IMG/VR virus record: IMGVR_UViG_3300032248_000963
Coordinates: 1 to 35,173 of that record
DNA from: a virus
Lineage: Duplodnaviria; Caudoviricetes
Strand: one strand, 5' to 3'
DNA: 35,173 bases
In this document: piece after piece, positions 26,001-32,949 of the stretch
Layout: every line of letters begins with the position of its first letter
Numbering within the stretch: position 1 is the first letter of the stretch
The notes under the pieces: model-generated
The model's input: only the letters and a program-made list of their open reading frames with translations
The model's database searches: none
Told to the model about the DNA's origin: nothing
Program-made: the position numbers and the translations under genes

Positions 26001-28288
26001 TTGGTGGTACAACGGCAAGTGCTTCCATTTCAACATCCAACGGAAATGTTTATGATGTCGTATTGGGTATTCAAGGTTCTGGTTATACTGATGCCCCATC
26101 AGTAATTATTAAAGGAACTGGTTCTGGCGCAAGCGGAGCTGTAGTTCAATCATTTATTACTATTGATACTCCTGCTGTTAGAATGGGTGTTGCAATTGAT
26201 GATGAAGCAAATAAATCAACAATCCCAACTAAATTTTTATTTGAATATCCAGTATATCTTCAAAATGATACTGAATATGCATTTGCAGTAGAAACAGATT
26301 CAAATGATTATTTAATATGGTCATCTAAATTAGGTGGTACTGAAGTATCTACTAATTCTTCGGTAACTGTGCAACCATTACTCGGTTCAGTATTTAAATC
26401 ACAAAATACAGATGAATGGACTGAAGATTTATTTGAAGATATTAAATTTACAATGTATAGAGCAGAATTTACTATTGATAAATCATCTGTTTTACGATTG
26501 ACTAATGAAGATTTGGGTTACGAATTCCTTGAGCAAAATCCAATGCATACCAGTGGATATTCTGACTCAACGGCAACTTCTACACTATTCAGAAATAACA
26601 ATAAAATAGTATTGGTTAATCACAAAAACAATGGATTTGATAATACAGGAAAATCCTATGTAAATTTCAAACAAGTAGAAAGTGTTGGTGGTATTGATTC
26701 GTCAATAATAAATTCTGAATTATTTACTGTTTCTAATACTGGCCTAGAATTTTATACTTTCAACGCTGGCACTAGATCAACCGAAGATGCTATTGGTGGT
26801 GGAAATATGGTGTTGTCTACTTATAATAGAAAATACGAAAAAATGTATCCATTGATTTCTATGTTGAATTTTACTGAAACTAAAATTGATTCGTATGTAA
26901 AAACTACAAATATCCAATCAATAGATGACACATCTCCAGTGTATGTTTCATACACTCAATCAAGTGACAACAGTGGATTTGAAGCTACATTTACAAATCA
27001 AGAACATATCTTCAACAATCAAAAAGTTATTGCATCTAGAATTAATGAATTAAAAAATAGTTTATCAAATTCATTTGAATATAAAATGCAACTTTCATCA
27101 ACTAAAAATTATTTGTCTCCTGTAATTGATTTAAGAAATGCTTCCGTAAAATTAGTTACAAATATTGTAGAAAAATCTGAAGGAATGGAAGATAGATTTG
27201 GTAGAAGAGATCAGCAGATAACTTTTAAACCAGTATATAAAATTACTTATGTTGGTGGAGGATTAAATGCAACTGGATTGGGTGAAAGTCTTATCATAGG
27301 TGGTGCAGAAAACATCAAAACAGTTTATGGTTTCTCATCCAAGGCAAGAGGAACTATTGTTAAAGTTGACAGAACAAATAATAAACTGTGGGTTAAAATG
27401 TCAACTGATGTTGTTTTTTCTGGGGGAGAAACATTAATTTTTGAATCAATTGATTCTACTAATCAAACATACGGTTCTTTGGCAACATCTTCTTCTGGTA
27501 TTACAGTTTTTTCTAACGGATTGGAAGAAGTTGTATATGATTTTGCAAAAGGTTCTACTATTTCAATTTACGATAAAAATAATCTAACTAAAACTTATAA
27601 TGATGTAATTAGTGGAAAAGTTATTTTGTGGGATTTTAAGAAGAAAATACTTACTATATCAAATAATAAACAACCTATTAGTAATAATTATTATGCAACA
27701 AATGCTAATTCTCCTTTTACTCGCATAACATATGATACTACAGTTAACAATCCAACAATTGTTCAACAACCTGATATTATGAGAGTTGGGGATTTAGTTT
27801 CATATGATAATCAACCAATAAATGAAAAGGTATTTTTAGAAATTAAAAATATTGATTATACTGATGGCATTCTTTATGTTTCTGAAACTTCTTCAAAAAA
27901 TAGTTCTTCTCTTGCAAAATACACCACTAAAGAAATTTCTCTTGATAATCCTTCCGACAGAATTGATGTTCGTATAAAAGCAAACGTATTTGCTAAAGAT
28001 GATATTCAAGTATTGTATAAGATTAAACCAGCAAGTTTACAATATAATTTTGACGATTTGGATTGGAATTATTTTAATGGTGATGGAAGTCCTGATGTGA
28101 GCGTAATTCCTTCTAGTAATAATGTGGTATCTGGATTGATTGAAGAGCAATCTTCATACAAAGAATATAAATTCAGTGCTGCTGATTTAAATTTATTCTC
28201 TTCTTTTGCTATTAAAATTGTAATTAGAAGTACTACTCCAGTATTTGTGCCCAAAATTCAAGATGTTAGAATTGTTGCTTCATACTGA
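20078..28288 (+). CDS. Large virion structural protein, VrlC-like / DUF4815 family, 2736 aa
   Basis: PYNDDFD..FYKVLFRPG..Q.RELT.LQ, APGAHRLKI, LARRTYDESGDY, RYTMRDIGKLEKRIERLE and PLSQTF motifs; usual position after gp8 in cyanomyophages. Confidence 0.85.
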   Translation: MPQTTNLNTQPYNDDFDKDKGFYKVLFRPGYSIQTRELTTLQSVLQNQIENYGKSQFKQGQMVVPGEVAFNNKLDYVKLSSVSEVAVNVGGNIVYEKYDISNLVGKNLNGLSSGITATVLSYGYASETESDVLYVKYTNSGDSKQESVFRQGETLEVIDITDSPLLVVGTDGSVLPSSIDVLNYDTGIVANIPSPAMGYASAVKVEEGVYFVNGYFINNTEQLIVVDKYYSNPSVKVGFTILESISTPETDASLYDNSRGYSNYSAPGAHRLKISLNLSVYQYDQKTDNNFIQLVSIKDGKIQNIIKQTTYSQVEEILARRTYDESGDYIVDNFTVDLREYYQNNTDGKNNQGVYQLNTSTNKVNGKTISEADSLMVAGIGPGKAYVKGYEIINKDTKYIEVEKARDILSKEKNRIKVDSLAYFNVSNVYNSIPLNAEGEDLNAYPTVYLNSVYNDGRNGFSRNFLGLSETYSRRGLSFTTDDGIKTIYVKLTTDFTESENDYIKSMLGTKLWFVVSKSLETTATPNTVTSVTILYANVVTRPEISDNSSIKYVEFTVTGKKTDLSLLREYDVDGISYKRELLTSQILAQQYYKTNQPTAYCTVVDYNETITPIIGFCKPKDFSLIKKGNGFNTDTDIILSKGKKSGGEKEYSSIFKLSYFNPVFFTRITLDTFLDGISFATGTYVYGLTSGAYGVIEGKTGDYYNFDNILFVKTLSGEFSPGETIIDENAKSRRIAKEGTISHFKVLRRGSGYTDATKILINGVEYSGTAIQPLRADGSDQIYSVKINNRDLVSEVYSTTPSITATVGSNSAIIPIIFRNTVITYNPKNVKSLSSKFGANDKYNFTADIESFDSSYYESKKITDSTFSGSAGYNYIVCNSFSADPSIDLIQGDAIQFTYSDNTILRAIVQYVNPPQGLNKSRIYIDAVLKNNVVNTDVIRVAAQIENGSRSTLIVPTGSKYLNSIVSSPENSKISYYLRRDFVTKLVSSGGKITFAAQLPYGTQSFVPFSENNFLITILDPGKASNPNTTVEQGDIIYLKEEQISILNSLDDATGTTAGSVTITLPSNFFGTIVNYEAFKIKLTATIEVEKSKPRLKTSVKNKKIVIYSPGDRVIPFRGVDIEGETSDVLSYSDVFNFKHVYEGSSTVPPVVDGDGNLVAGTDITDKFTFDDGQRDTFYDVARVILKPGYSAPTGQLIIIFDYFDHSQGDFCTIDSYLHEAGVPQSEIPYFNSTVYGKVSLGDVFDFRPKVDSTSIVEGYQNTSILNSPTSFSKSGGVVAGTIASDENLPYSLIFNLQQYQDRIDGIFLNKSGEFFVKKGNPASNPVKPTDPDGSIPLYYLYVPAYTKNAALVNIIPVDNRRYTMRDIGKLEKRIERLEQYTMLSVLEQQALNMQVKDSFGLEKEKSGFIVDTFDNHYTGNLKSYDYKCSIDPQQSVLRPRSIESSINLEEINYRDEERITDGYVNTNGVVTLPYTSIESIKNEFATQTINPNPFGVSQYVGDASLSPSIDQWFSDEIFPNILNNDGKVFSVFYAKENTKEGLSSIFNNYIINWIGTNRVFYNTVALNDVNFSASASTSSASVSSSSNISPQNNELAKGSSGISANSVSVSSSIQFFCRSREVKFILRRLKPNTKFYAFMEGKSIDRWIAQDLKFTGVAGNFLGTFGNDITTDSNGDASGIIVIPAGYAPSLNSSWNGDIKTISYDLSSNPLYFTTGKKTIKFTSNENGLTDSTVNSYTEVVYYATGVLPENPISIISTHPAKLKAEEGLQSVSSTGGSSTNIKPAPLSQTFKIQNYPGGVFLTGMDLFFSKKSTNNLPIRVYLTNVESGKPGKYIVPGTESILSPNTYLRVYTNGQLKIKKGEFVTGYSSSATGPVENIIDRNGNFVDISTTNEYTLNNDQVYTLVLSNHNGKNFISNESLKLTSLIQYNAKNNTELKLTIAKDSGRVSKLKIDNCGTGYEGALIIIESPQLVGGTTASASISTSNGNVYDVVLGIQGSGYTDAPSVIIKGTGSGASGAVVQSFITIDTPAVRMGVAIDDEANKSTIPTKFLFEYPVYLQNDTEYAFAVETDSNDYLIWSSKLGGTEVSTNSSVTVQPLLGSVFKSQNTDEWTEDLFEDIKFTMYRAEFTIDKSSVLRLTNEDLGYEFLEQNPMHTSGYSDSTATSTLFRNNNKIVLVNHKNNGFDNTGKSYVNFKQVESVGGIDSSIINSELFTVSNTGLEFYTFNAGTRSTEDAIGGGNMVLSTYNRKYEKMYPLISMLNFTETKIDSYVKTTNIQSIDDTSPVYVSYTQSSDNSGFEATFTNQEHIFNNQKVIASRINELKNSLSNSFEYKMQLSSTKNYLSPVIDLRNASVKLVTNIVEKSEGMEDRFGRRDQQITFKPVYKITYVGGGLNATGLGESLIIGGAENIKTVYGFSSKARGTIVKVDRTNNKLWVKMSTDVVFSGGETLIFESIDSTNQTYGSLATSSSGITVFSNGLEEVVYDFAKGSTISIYDKNNLTKTYNDVISGKVILWDFKKKILTISNNKQPISNNYYATNANSPFTRITYDTTVNNPTIVQQPDIMRVGDLVSYDNQPINEKVFLEIKNIDYTDGILYVSETSSKNSSSLAKYTTKEISLDNPSDRIDVRIKANVFAKDDIQVLYKIKPASLQYNFDDLDWNYFNGDGSPDVSVIPSSNNVVSGLIEEQSSYKEYKFSAADLNLFSSFAIKIVIRSTTPVFVPKIQDVRIVASY

Positions 28289-28485
28289 TGGATAATTTTG
28301 TTAAAGTAATTGACCACGAAAATTTATATCGTGATATGTCAACAGGTGCAATCATAAATACTGATAAACAATCGCCAAAAAATGGTTCTGCAACGGTGAA
28401 AAAACTTCAAAATGATGTAGAAGATTTGAAAAATGAATTGTGTGAAATAAAAAATTTACTTAAGAAATTAGTACAATGCCATTAA
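28288..28485 (+). CDS. 65-aa hypothetical protein with C-terminal coiled coil
   Basis: ORF track; coupled to the upstream stop; LYRD..TGAIIN motif and heptad tail. Confidence 0.85.
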   Translation: MDNFVKVIDHENLYRDMSTGAIINTDKQSPKNGSATVKKLQNDVEDLKNELCEIKNLLKKLVQCH

Positions 28486-30353
28486 GAACCGTTTTAACTA
28501 GTAACACATTCGAACAACAAAGACAGACAATTAATTTAATTGGTTCTGACTTGGATACTCTTGCTACGGGATTTAATAGCAGTGTACTTGCAGCTTTAGT
28601 GGCGGGTAATACTAACGTAGATATTTCGACCTCTAATGATGGCGTAATTAGTATTTTTTCAGCAAATGAAGGTTCAATTGATGGTATGAAGATTGGTGCC
28701 ACAGTCAAATCAAGTGGGGCATTTGTTACTCTTCAAGTTAGAGATACTACTACAACTACACGAGATTTATTTTTTGCCTCCAATTCTTCAGTTGCATTAT
28801 CCGCAAATAGAACTGTAGAATTTGATGTTATTAATGCTAACCGAATTATTAAACTTGGTGGTAATATTAATATTGCAAATAACCTCACAACTTCAGGAAA
28901 CTTTGCTTTAACTCTAACAACAACTGCTGCTACTACAGCTACTTTACCTGCTGGAACAGTAACTCTTGTTTCCACTGCTTCACCTAATTTTACTAGTAAT
29001 GTAACTGCTTCCACATTTGGCGTAGAACTTTCTGGTTCTCTTGCTGCAGTTGGTTCAGAGCAAAATAGAGGTCTATTGAAAATAGGAACTTTAGGATTTA
29101 ATGATAGCAATTTATTTGCAAATTACCAAACAAGTATAAACAATTATGCACAAATTGTTGTGCAAAATACTAATGCTGGCACTACTGCTTCATCTGACGT
29201 TGTTGTTCATGGTGATGGTGCTACTTCCACAACTAGATACGGTGACTTTGGTATTAACTCAACTGGATTTACTGGTGGTGGTGCATTTGGAGATGCTGGT
29301 GGAACATATCTCTATTCCGTCAGTGGAACTCTCGCAGTTGGAACAAATGATTCTTTTGCTTTAAAACTATTTGCAAATGCCACTACAAATACAACTGCTG
29401 GTATTACAATCAATACAGATAATACTGTTGCATTTGCTGGAGGTTCATTAAAAACTGGAGCGGCAGTAAACTCTTCATTATTTGGAGATACAACTACAGG
29501 AACTATTACTATTGGTGGAGCTCTTACTACAGGAACGTTTACAATAGGTGCTACAGGGTCAACTGGAGCGGTCTCATTGTTCCCTGCTACTGGGTCTCAA
29601 GCAATTACACTTGGCGGTGCTACTACAGGCGCTATTCAAATTGGTTCTACTCTTGCTTCATCTGTAACATTACCAACTGGTAAAACTAAAATTGGTAATA
29701 CTACACTTGCTCAAGGTGGTTCTGTAACAATTACACTACCAACATTAGCAGGTACTTTAGTTGGTTCTGGTGATAGCACTTTGCCATCAAGTATAACATC
29801 TTCTTCATTAACTTCTGTAGGAACTTTAACAGCATTAACTGTAACTGGCACTGGAACCAATACTATATCATTAACCACAGGAACAACAGGTGCTTTAACT
29901 TTAGATTCAGGTACGACTGGAAGTATTAGTATTGGTACTAATGCTAACGCCAAAGCAATTTCATTCGGAAATAACACTGTAGCATCAACTATAACATTCA
30001 ATAATAATCCAGCTTCTGGTACACTATCTGATACAACAGCAACAACTACAACTGTAGATTCATCTACGGTTTGTTATTATTCAAAAATTGCTACTTTAAC
30101 CGCCGCTATTACAATTAACGTAAGCAACCTGACTTCTGGTAGAATGATTACAATGTATTTGAGAAATACTGGAGTAGGTGCATTTGTAGTCACTATTGCT
30201 GCTTCAACTACTGCCAGTGGATTTGCAAACGTAAACCTTGCTCCTGGTGCTGGTGCTACATCTGTAACGTCCGTATCTTTGGCAGCAACTACTGGAACAG
30301 CAGTAGTTCGTGTATTCAATGCTGGTGGTTCAATTGGAGGTTCTATTCAGTAG
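28476..30353 (+). CDS. Tail-fibre-like protein, 625 aa
   Basis: N-terminal TFEQQRQTINLIG anchor typical of cyanophage fibres; T/G/S/A-rich beta-repeat body. Confidence 0.75.
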   Translation: MPLRTVLTSNTFEQQRQTINLIGSDLDTLATGFNSSVLAALVAGNTNVDISTSNDGVISIFSANEGSIDGMKIGATVKSSGAFVTLQVRDTTTTTRDLFFASNSSVALSANRTVEFDVINANRIIKLGGNINIANNLTTSGNFALTLTTTAATTATLPAGTVTLVSTASPNFTSNVTASTFGVELSGSLAAVGSEQNRGLLKIGTLGFNDSNLFANYQTSINNYAQIVVQNTNAGTTASSDVVVHGDGATSTTRYGDFGINSTGFTGGGAFGDAGGTYLYSVSGTLAVGTNDSFALKLFANATTNTTAGITINTDNTVAFAGGSLKTGAAVNSSLFGDTTTGTITIGGALTTGTFTIGATGSTGAVSLFPATGSQAITLGGATTGAIQIGSTLASSVTLPTGKTKIGNTTLAQGGSVTITLPTLAGTLVGSGDSTLPSSITSSSLTSVGTLTALTVTGTGTNTISLTTGTTGALTLDSGTTGSISIGTNANAKAISFGNNTVASTITFNNNPASGTLSDTTATTTTVDSSTVCYYSKIATLTAAITINVSNLTSGRMITMYLRNTGVGAFVVTIAASTTASGFANVNLAPGAGATSVTSVSLAATTGTAVVRVFNAGGSIGGSIQ

Positions 30354-30361
30354 TATAAATA
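30354..30361 (+). promoter_or_regulatory. Late promoter TATAAATA
   Basis: Exact consensus in the intergenic gap. Confidence 0.85.
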
Positions 30362-30388
30362 ATTTTATCATTATTTTTTATTAATGCT

Positions 30389-30583
30389 ATGGACACTGCT
30401 ACACTAAAAGAAAATTTTCAAAATCAATTTAAAGATATTGAAGAAAAAATTTCAAAACTTCAAGAAGAACTAGAAAAAGCAAAAGAATATAGATTAAAAT
30501 TACAGGGCGGAATGGAAACATTAGAACTCATATCCAGTCAGGAAGAACCAGCACAATCAGTAGAAACTGAAGTTGTAGAATAA
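30389..30583 (+). CDS. 64-aa coiled-coil hypothetical protein
   Basis: ORF track; heptad pattern ending LKLQGGMETLELI. Confidence 0.85.
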   Translation: MDTATLKENFQNQFKDIEEKISKLQEELEKAKEYRLKLQGGMETLELISSQEEPAQSVETEVVE

Positions 30584-30586
30584 ATA
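30579..30586 (+). promoter_or_regulatory. Late promoter variant AATAAATA
   Basis: One mismatch to consensus, 18 nt before ATG30605. Confidence 0.6.
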
Positions 30587-30604
30587 GTATAAAAGAGAAC
30601 TAGA

Positions 30605-30940
30605 ATGGCAGCAGTACCCATTAATCTTGTTATAGAGCAGGGGACAGATTACTCGGCAACCTTTACCGTCACTAACGATGATGGAACCCCGTTGAATCTG
30701 GCTGGGTTTACTGGCACCTGCAAGATGAAGAGAACTCATTCTTCCTCTGGAACGCCAATAGAATTAACTTTAGGATATGTTAGCAGATCTGCGGGAAAGA
30801 TTTTTATTTCTATGACTGCTACTCAAACTGCTGCTTTAAAGGCAAGGCGTTATGTTTACGAAATAGTTTTAACCTCTCCAAGTAATGTAAAAGGAAGAGT
30901 AATTGAAGGTCTAATAGAAGTAACAGCTGGGGTATTATAA
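30605..30940 (+). CDS. Small virion structural protein (Ig/BppU-N-like adaptor), 111 aa
   Basis: NLVIEQGTDYS.TF..PLNL.G...T..LKARRYVYEI...RVIEG...V.AGV pattern of phage fibre-associated adaptors. Confidence 0.7.
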   Translation: MAAVPINLVIEQGTDYSATFTVTNDDGTPLNLAGFTGTCKMKRTHSSSGTPIELTLGYVSRSAGKIFISMTATQTAALKARRYVYEIVLTSPSNVKGRVIEGLIEVTAGVL

Positions 30941-31617
30941 TGACTGATTATAACGTAATTATTGACAATAATCCCCAGTTCAATGTTGGTGTTAATTATC
31001 AAGTCGCAAGTAAATCAACTCAATATCAAAATGAGATTATTGAAGATTTTGCTGCTCAATTTAATGGCACTAAAAAAACTTTTAATTTGGTTGTAAATGG
31101 TGAACCATACTACCCAATCAACGCACAACAATTGATTGTTTCTATAAATAACATTGTATTAGAACCAGTAGTTAACTATACTATATCAGATGATACTATA
31201 ACATTCATCACTGCTCCTACATCAGGACAAAATTTCTTTGCTGTTGCTCTTGCTACAACTGCCGATTTAACAAGAACAATTAATTATGTAATTGACGCAT
31301 ACCCAAATACTATTGGAACAGGAATCAAAGGTACATTAACCATTGATGTAACTGGAACAATAGAATCTTGGACCGTTCTTGCTGATAGAGTTGGTTCTCT
31401 GGTCATGGATATTAAAAAAACATCCTATCTAAATTACCCATCATTTACTTCGATTGCTGGAACAGAGAAACCCACTCTTTCCAATCAAGCAAAAAATAAA
31501 GATGATGGTCTAACTACTTGGAATACTTCATTAAATGCTGGAGATATTTTACAATTTGAAGTAGAAAGTTGTGATGTTGTAAAACAATTTTTAATTGCGA
31601 TAAAATTATTATTGTGA
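30940..31617 (+). CDS. Virion structural / fibre-associated protein, 225 aa
   Basis: N-terminal FNG.KKTF.L...LIVSIN....P...YTI....ITF..AP module, also seen in the gp7 C-terminal region, plus a C-terminal beta domain (GDILQFEV). Confidence 0.7.
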   Translation: MTDYNVIIDNNPQFNVGVNYQVASKSTQYQNEIIEDFAAQFNGTKKTFNLVVNGEPYYPINAQQLIVSINNIVLEPVVNYTISDDTITFITAPTSGQNFFAVALATTADLTRTINYVIDAYPNTIGTGIKGTLTIDVTGTIESWTVLADRVGSLVMDIKKTSYLNYPSFTSIAGTEKPTLSNQAKNKDDGLTTWNTSLNAGDILQFEVESCDVVKQFLIAIKLLL

Positions 31618-31623
31618 TAAATA
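31616..31623 (+). promoter_or_regulatory. Late promoter variant GATAAATA
   Basis: One mismatch to consensus, upstream of a GAGGA RBS and ATG31666. Confidence 0.6.
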
Positions 31624-31665
31624 ATAGTAGTAAAACAAAGTCAAAATTTCTAGAGGAAATCAAAA

Positions 31666-32868
31666 ATGGCATTACTAGTTCCTAATATCGGTGAGCAGGA
31701 ATCACTTCGTTACCTTGTTAACCAGAGTCACAACACACCAAGAAACTTAATTCTTAAGCTTCTTTCGAACGGAAGCTCAAGTGCTTGGGGGGGCCCTGCT
31801 GAGACAGATACCCCAGCGTCACTAAGAACTGCTACTTATGTAGAACCATACACCTATGCTTCTGGTGGTAGTGCAGCATCTTCTCTAATTGGTTATCCTC
31901 TTTGTGATGCTCCATATACAAACCAGTATGGTAAACTCCTAGATGGTTCTAACTGGACTTGCACAGCAGCAGAAGGTACAGATACCACCCAAGCTTCATA
32001 CCCAGAGCAAATATTTACATTTAGTGGTGGTCCAACTTATATTCATGGATACTATGTTGCTCGTGCTAACAGCATTGCACAAATTTTCCTAAACAACTCA
32101 ACTGGTGCTGCAACTGTTGCTGCTAACGCAACTCTAACTGGTACTGCTGCTACTGCTACTGCAAACGGTGGTCCTAATGGATTCGCAACCAACACTCTTG
32201 GTTCGGTATATGTTCAAGTAACCCCAGCTGCTGCACAAACTGGTTCTGCTGGTGCATATAATTCCACAATATTTACTTGCGCTACCACAACTGGTATTGC
32301 CGTTGGTCAATTTGCTGTAGGAACTGGTGTTGGTCCTTATGCTCGCGTAACTGGAATTTCTGGTACAACCATTTCAGTTTCAGTTCCTTGCACAGGAACC
32401 GTTTCAGGAACCGTTAACTTCTACGAAGGTAGGTTTGCACAAGGTCAAGATATCACAGCAACAGCTGGTATTCCTGCTAGCACCACGATTGCTGGTTATG
32501 ACCCAACAACTGGTATCATCACACTAAGTCAGGCTGCTAACGCAACTGTAACAGGAACCGTTACTGCTACTTTCAGAGCTATTTCTGCTACTGCTCACGG
32601 CGGTCTTCCTGGCGATGTTGTTTATCTTGCTCGTCAATCTGGTAACTCAACTCTTGTCACTGGTTCATACATCATCAACCATTGCCCAGACGCAAACTCA
32701 TTCGAAACCATTCCTGCAATCAGCACTGCTGCTTCATCTACTGGTGGTGCAAACGGCGTAATTATCTACGATAGCATCATGTTCCTTGAGAAGTTCACCA
32801 ATGGTCCTTACTACATTCAGAACAACGGCGACCAAATCAAGATTACTCTAAACGTTCAACTTGCCTGA
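31666..32868 (+). CDS. Probable abundant virion structural/fibre protein, 400 aa
   Basis: Strong RBS, own promoter and terminator; family-like ends MALLVPNIGE.. and ..EKFTNGPYYIQNNGDQIKITLNV; A/T/G-rich middle. Confidence 0.75.
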   Translation: MALLVPNIGEQESLRYLVNQSHNTPRNLILKLLSNGSSSAWGGPAETDTPASLRTATYVEPYTYASGGSAASSLIGYPLCDAPYTNQYGKLLDGSNWTCTAAEGTDTTQASYPEQIFTFSGGPTYIHGYYVARANSIAQIFLNNSTGAATVAANATLTGTAATATANGGPNGFATNTLGSVYVQVTPAAAQTGSAGAYNSTIFTCATTTGIAVGQFAVGTGVGPYARVTGISGTTISVSVPCTGTVSGTVNFYEGRFAQGQDITATAGIPASTTIAGYDPTTGIITLSQAANATVTGTVTATFRAISATAHGGLPGDVVYLARQSGNSTLVTGSYIINHCPDANSFETIPAISTAASSTGGANGVIIYDSIMFLEKFTNGPYYIQNNGDQIKITLNVQLA

Positions 32869-32902
32869 TATATATTTTATATCTTTTTTTATTATTTTAT
32901 TC

Positions 32903-32937
32903 GGGGGTGGGGGTTTAGATCCTCACCCTTATTTTTT
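32903..32937 (+). terminator. Intrinsic terminator
   Basis: GGGGGTGGGGG...TCCTCACCCTT stem with several G-U pairs, followed by ATTTTTT. Confidence 0.65.
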
Positions 32938-32949
32938 AGAGGAAAATAG

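Noticed and set aside
9376-28288. Inteins or introns explaining the very large gp7 and VrlC-like genes
   Set aside because: No intein splice motifs or LAGLIDADG/HNH domains recognised; frames are uninterrupted and the extra length is beta-repeat modules
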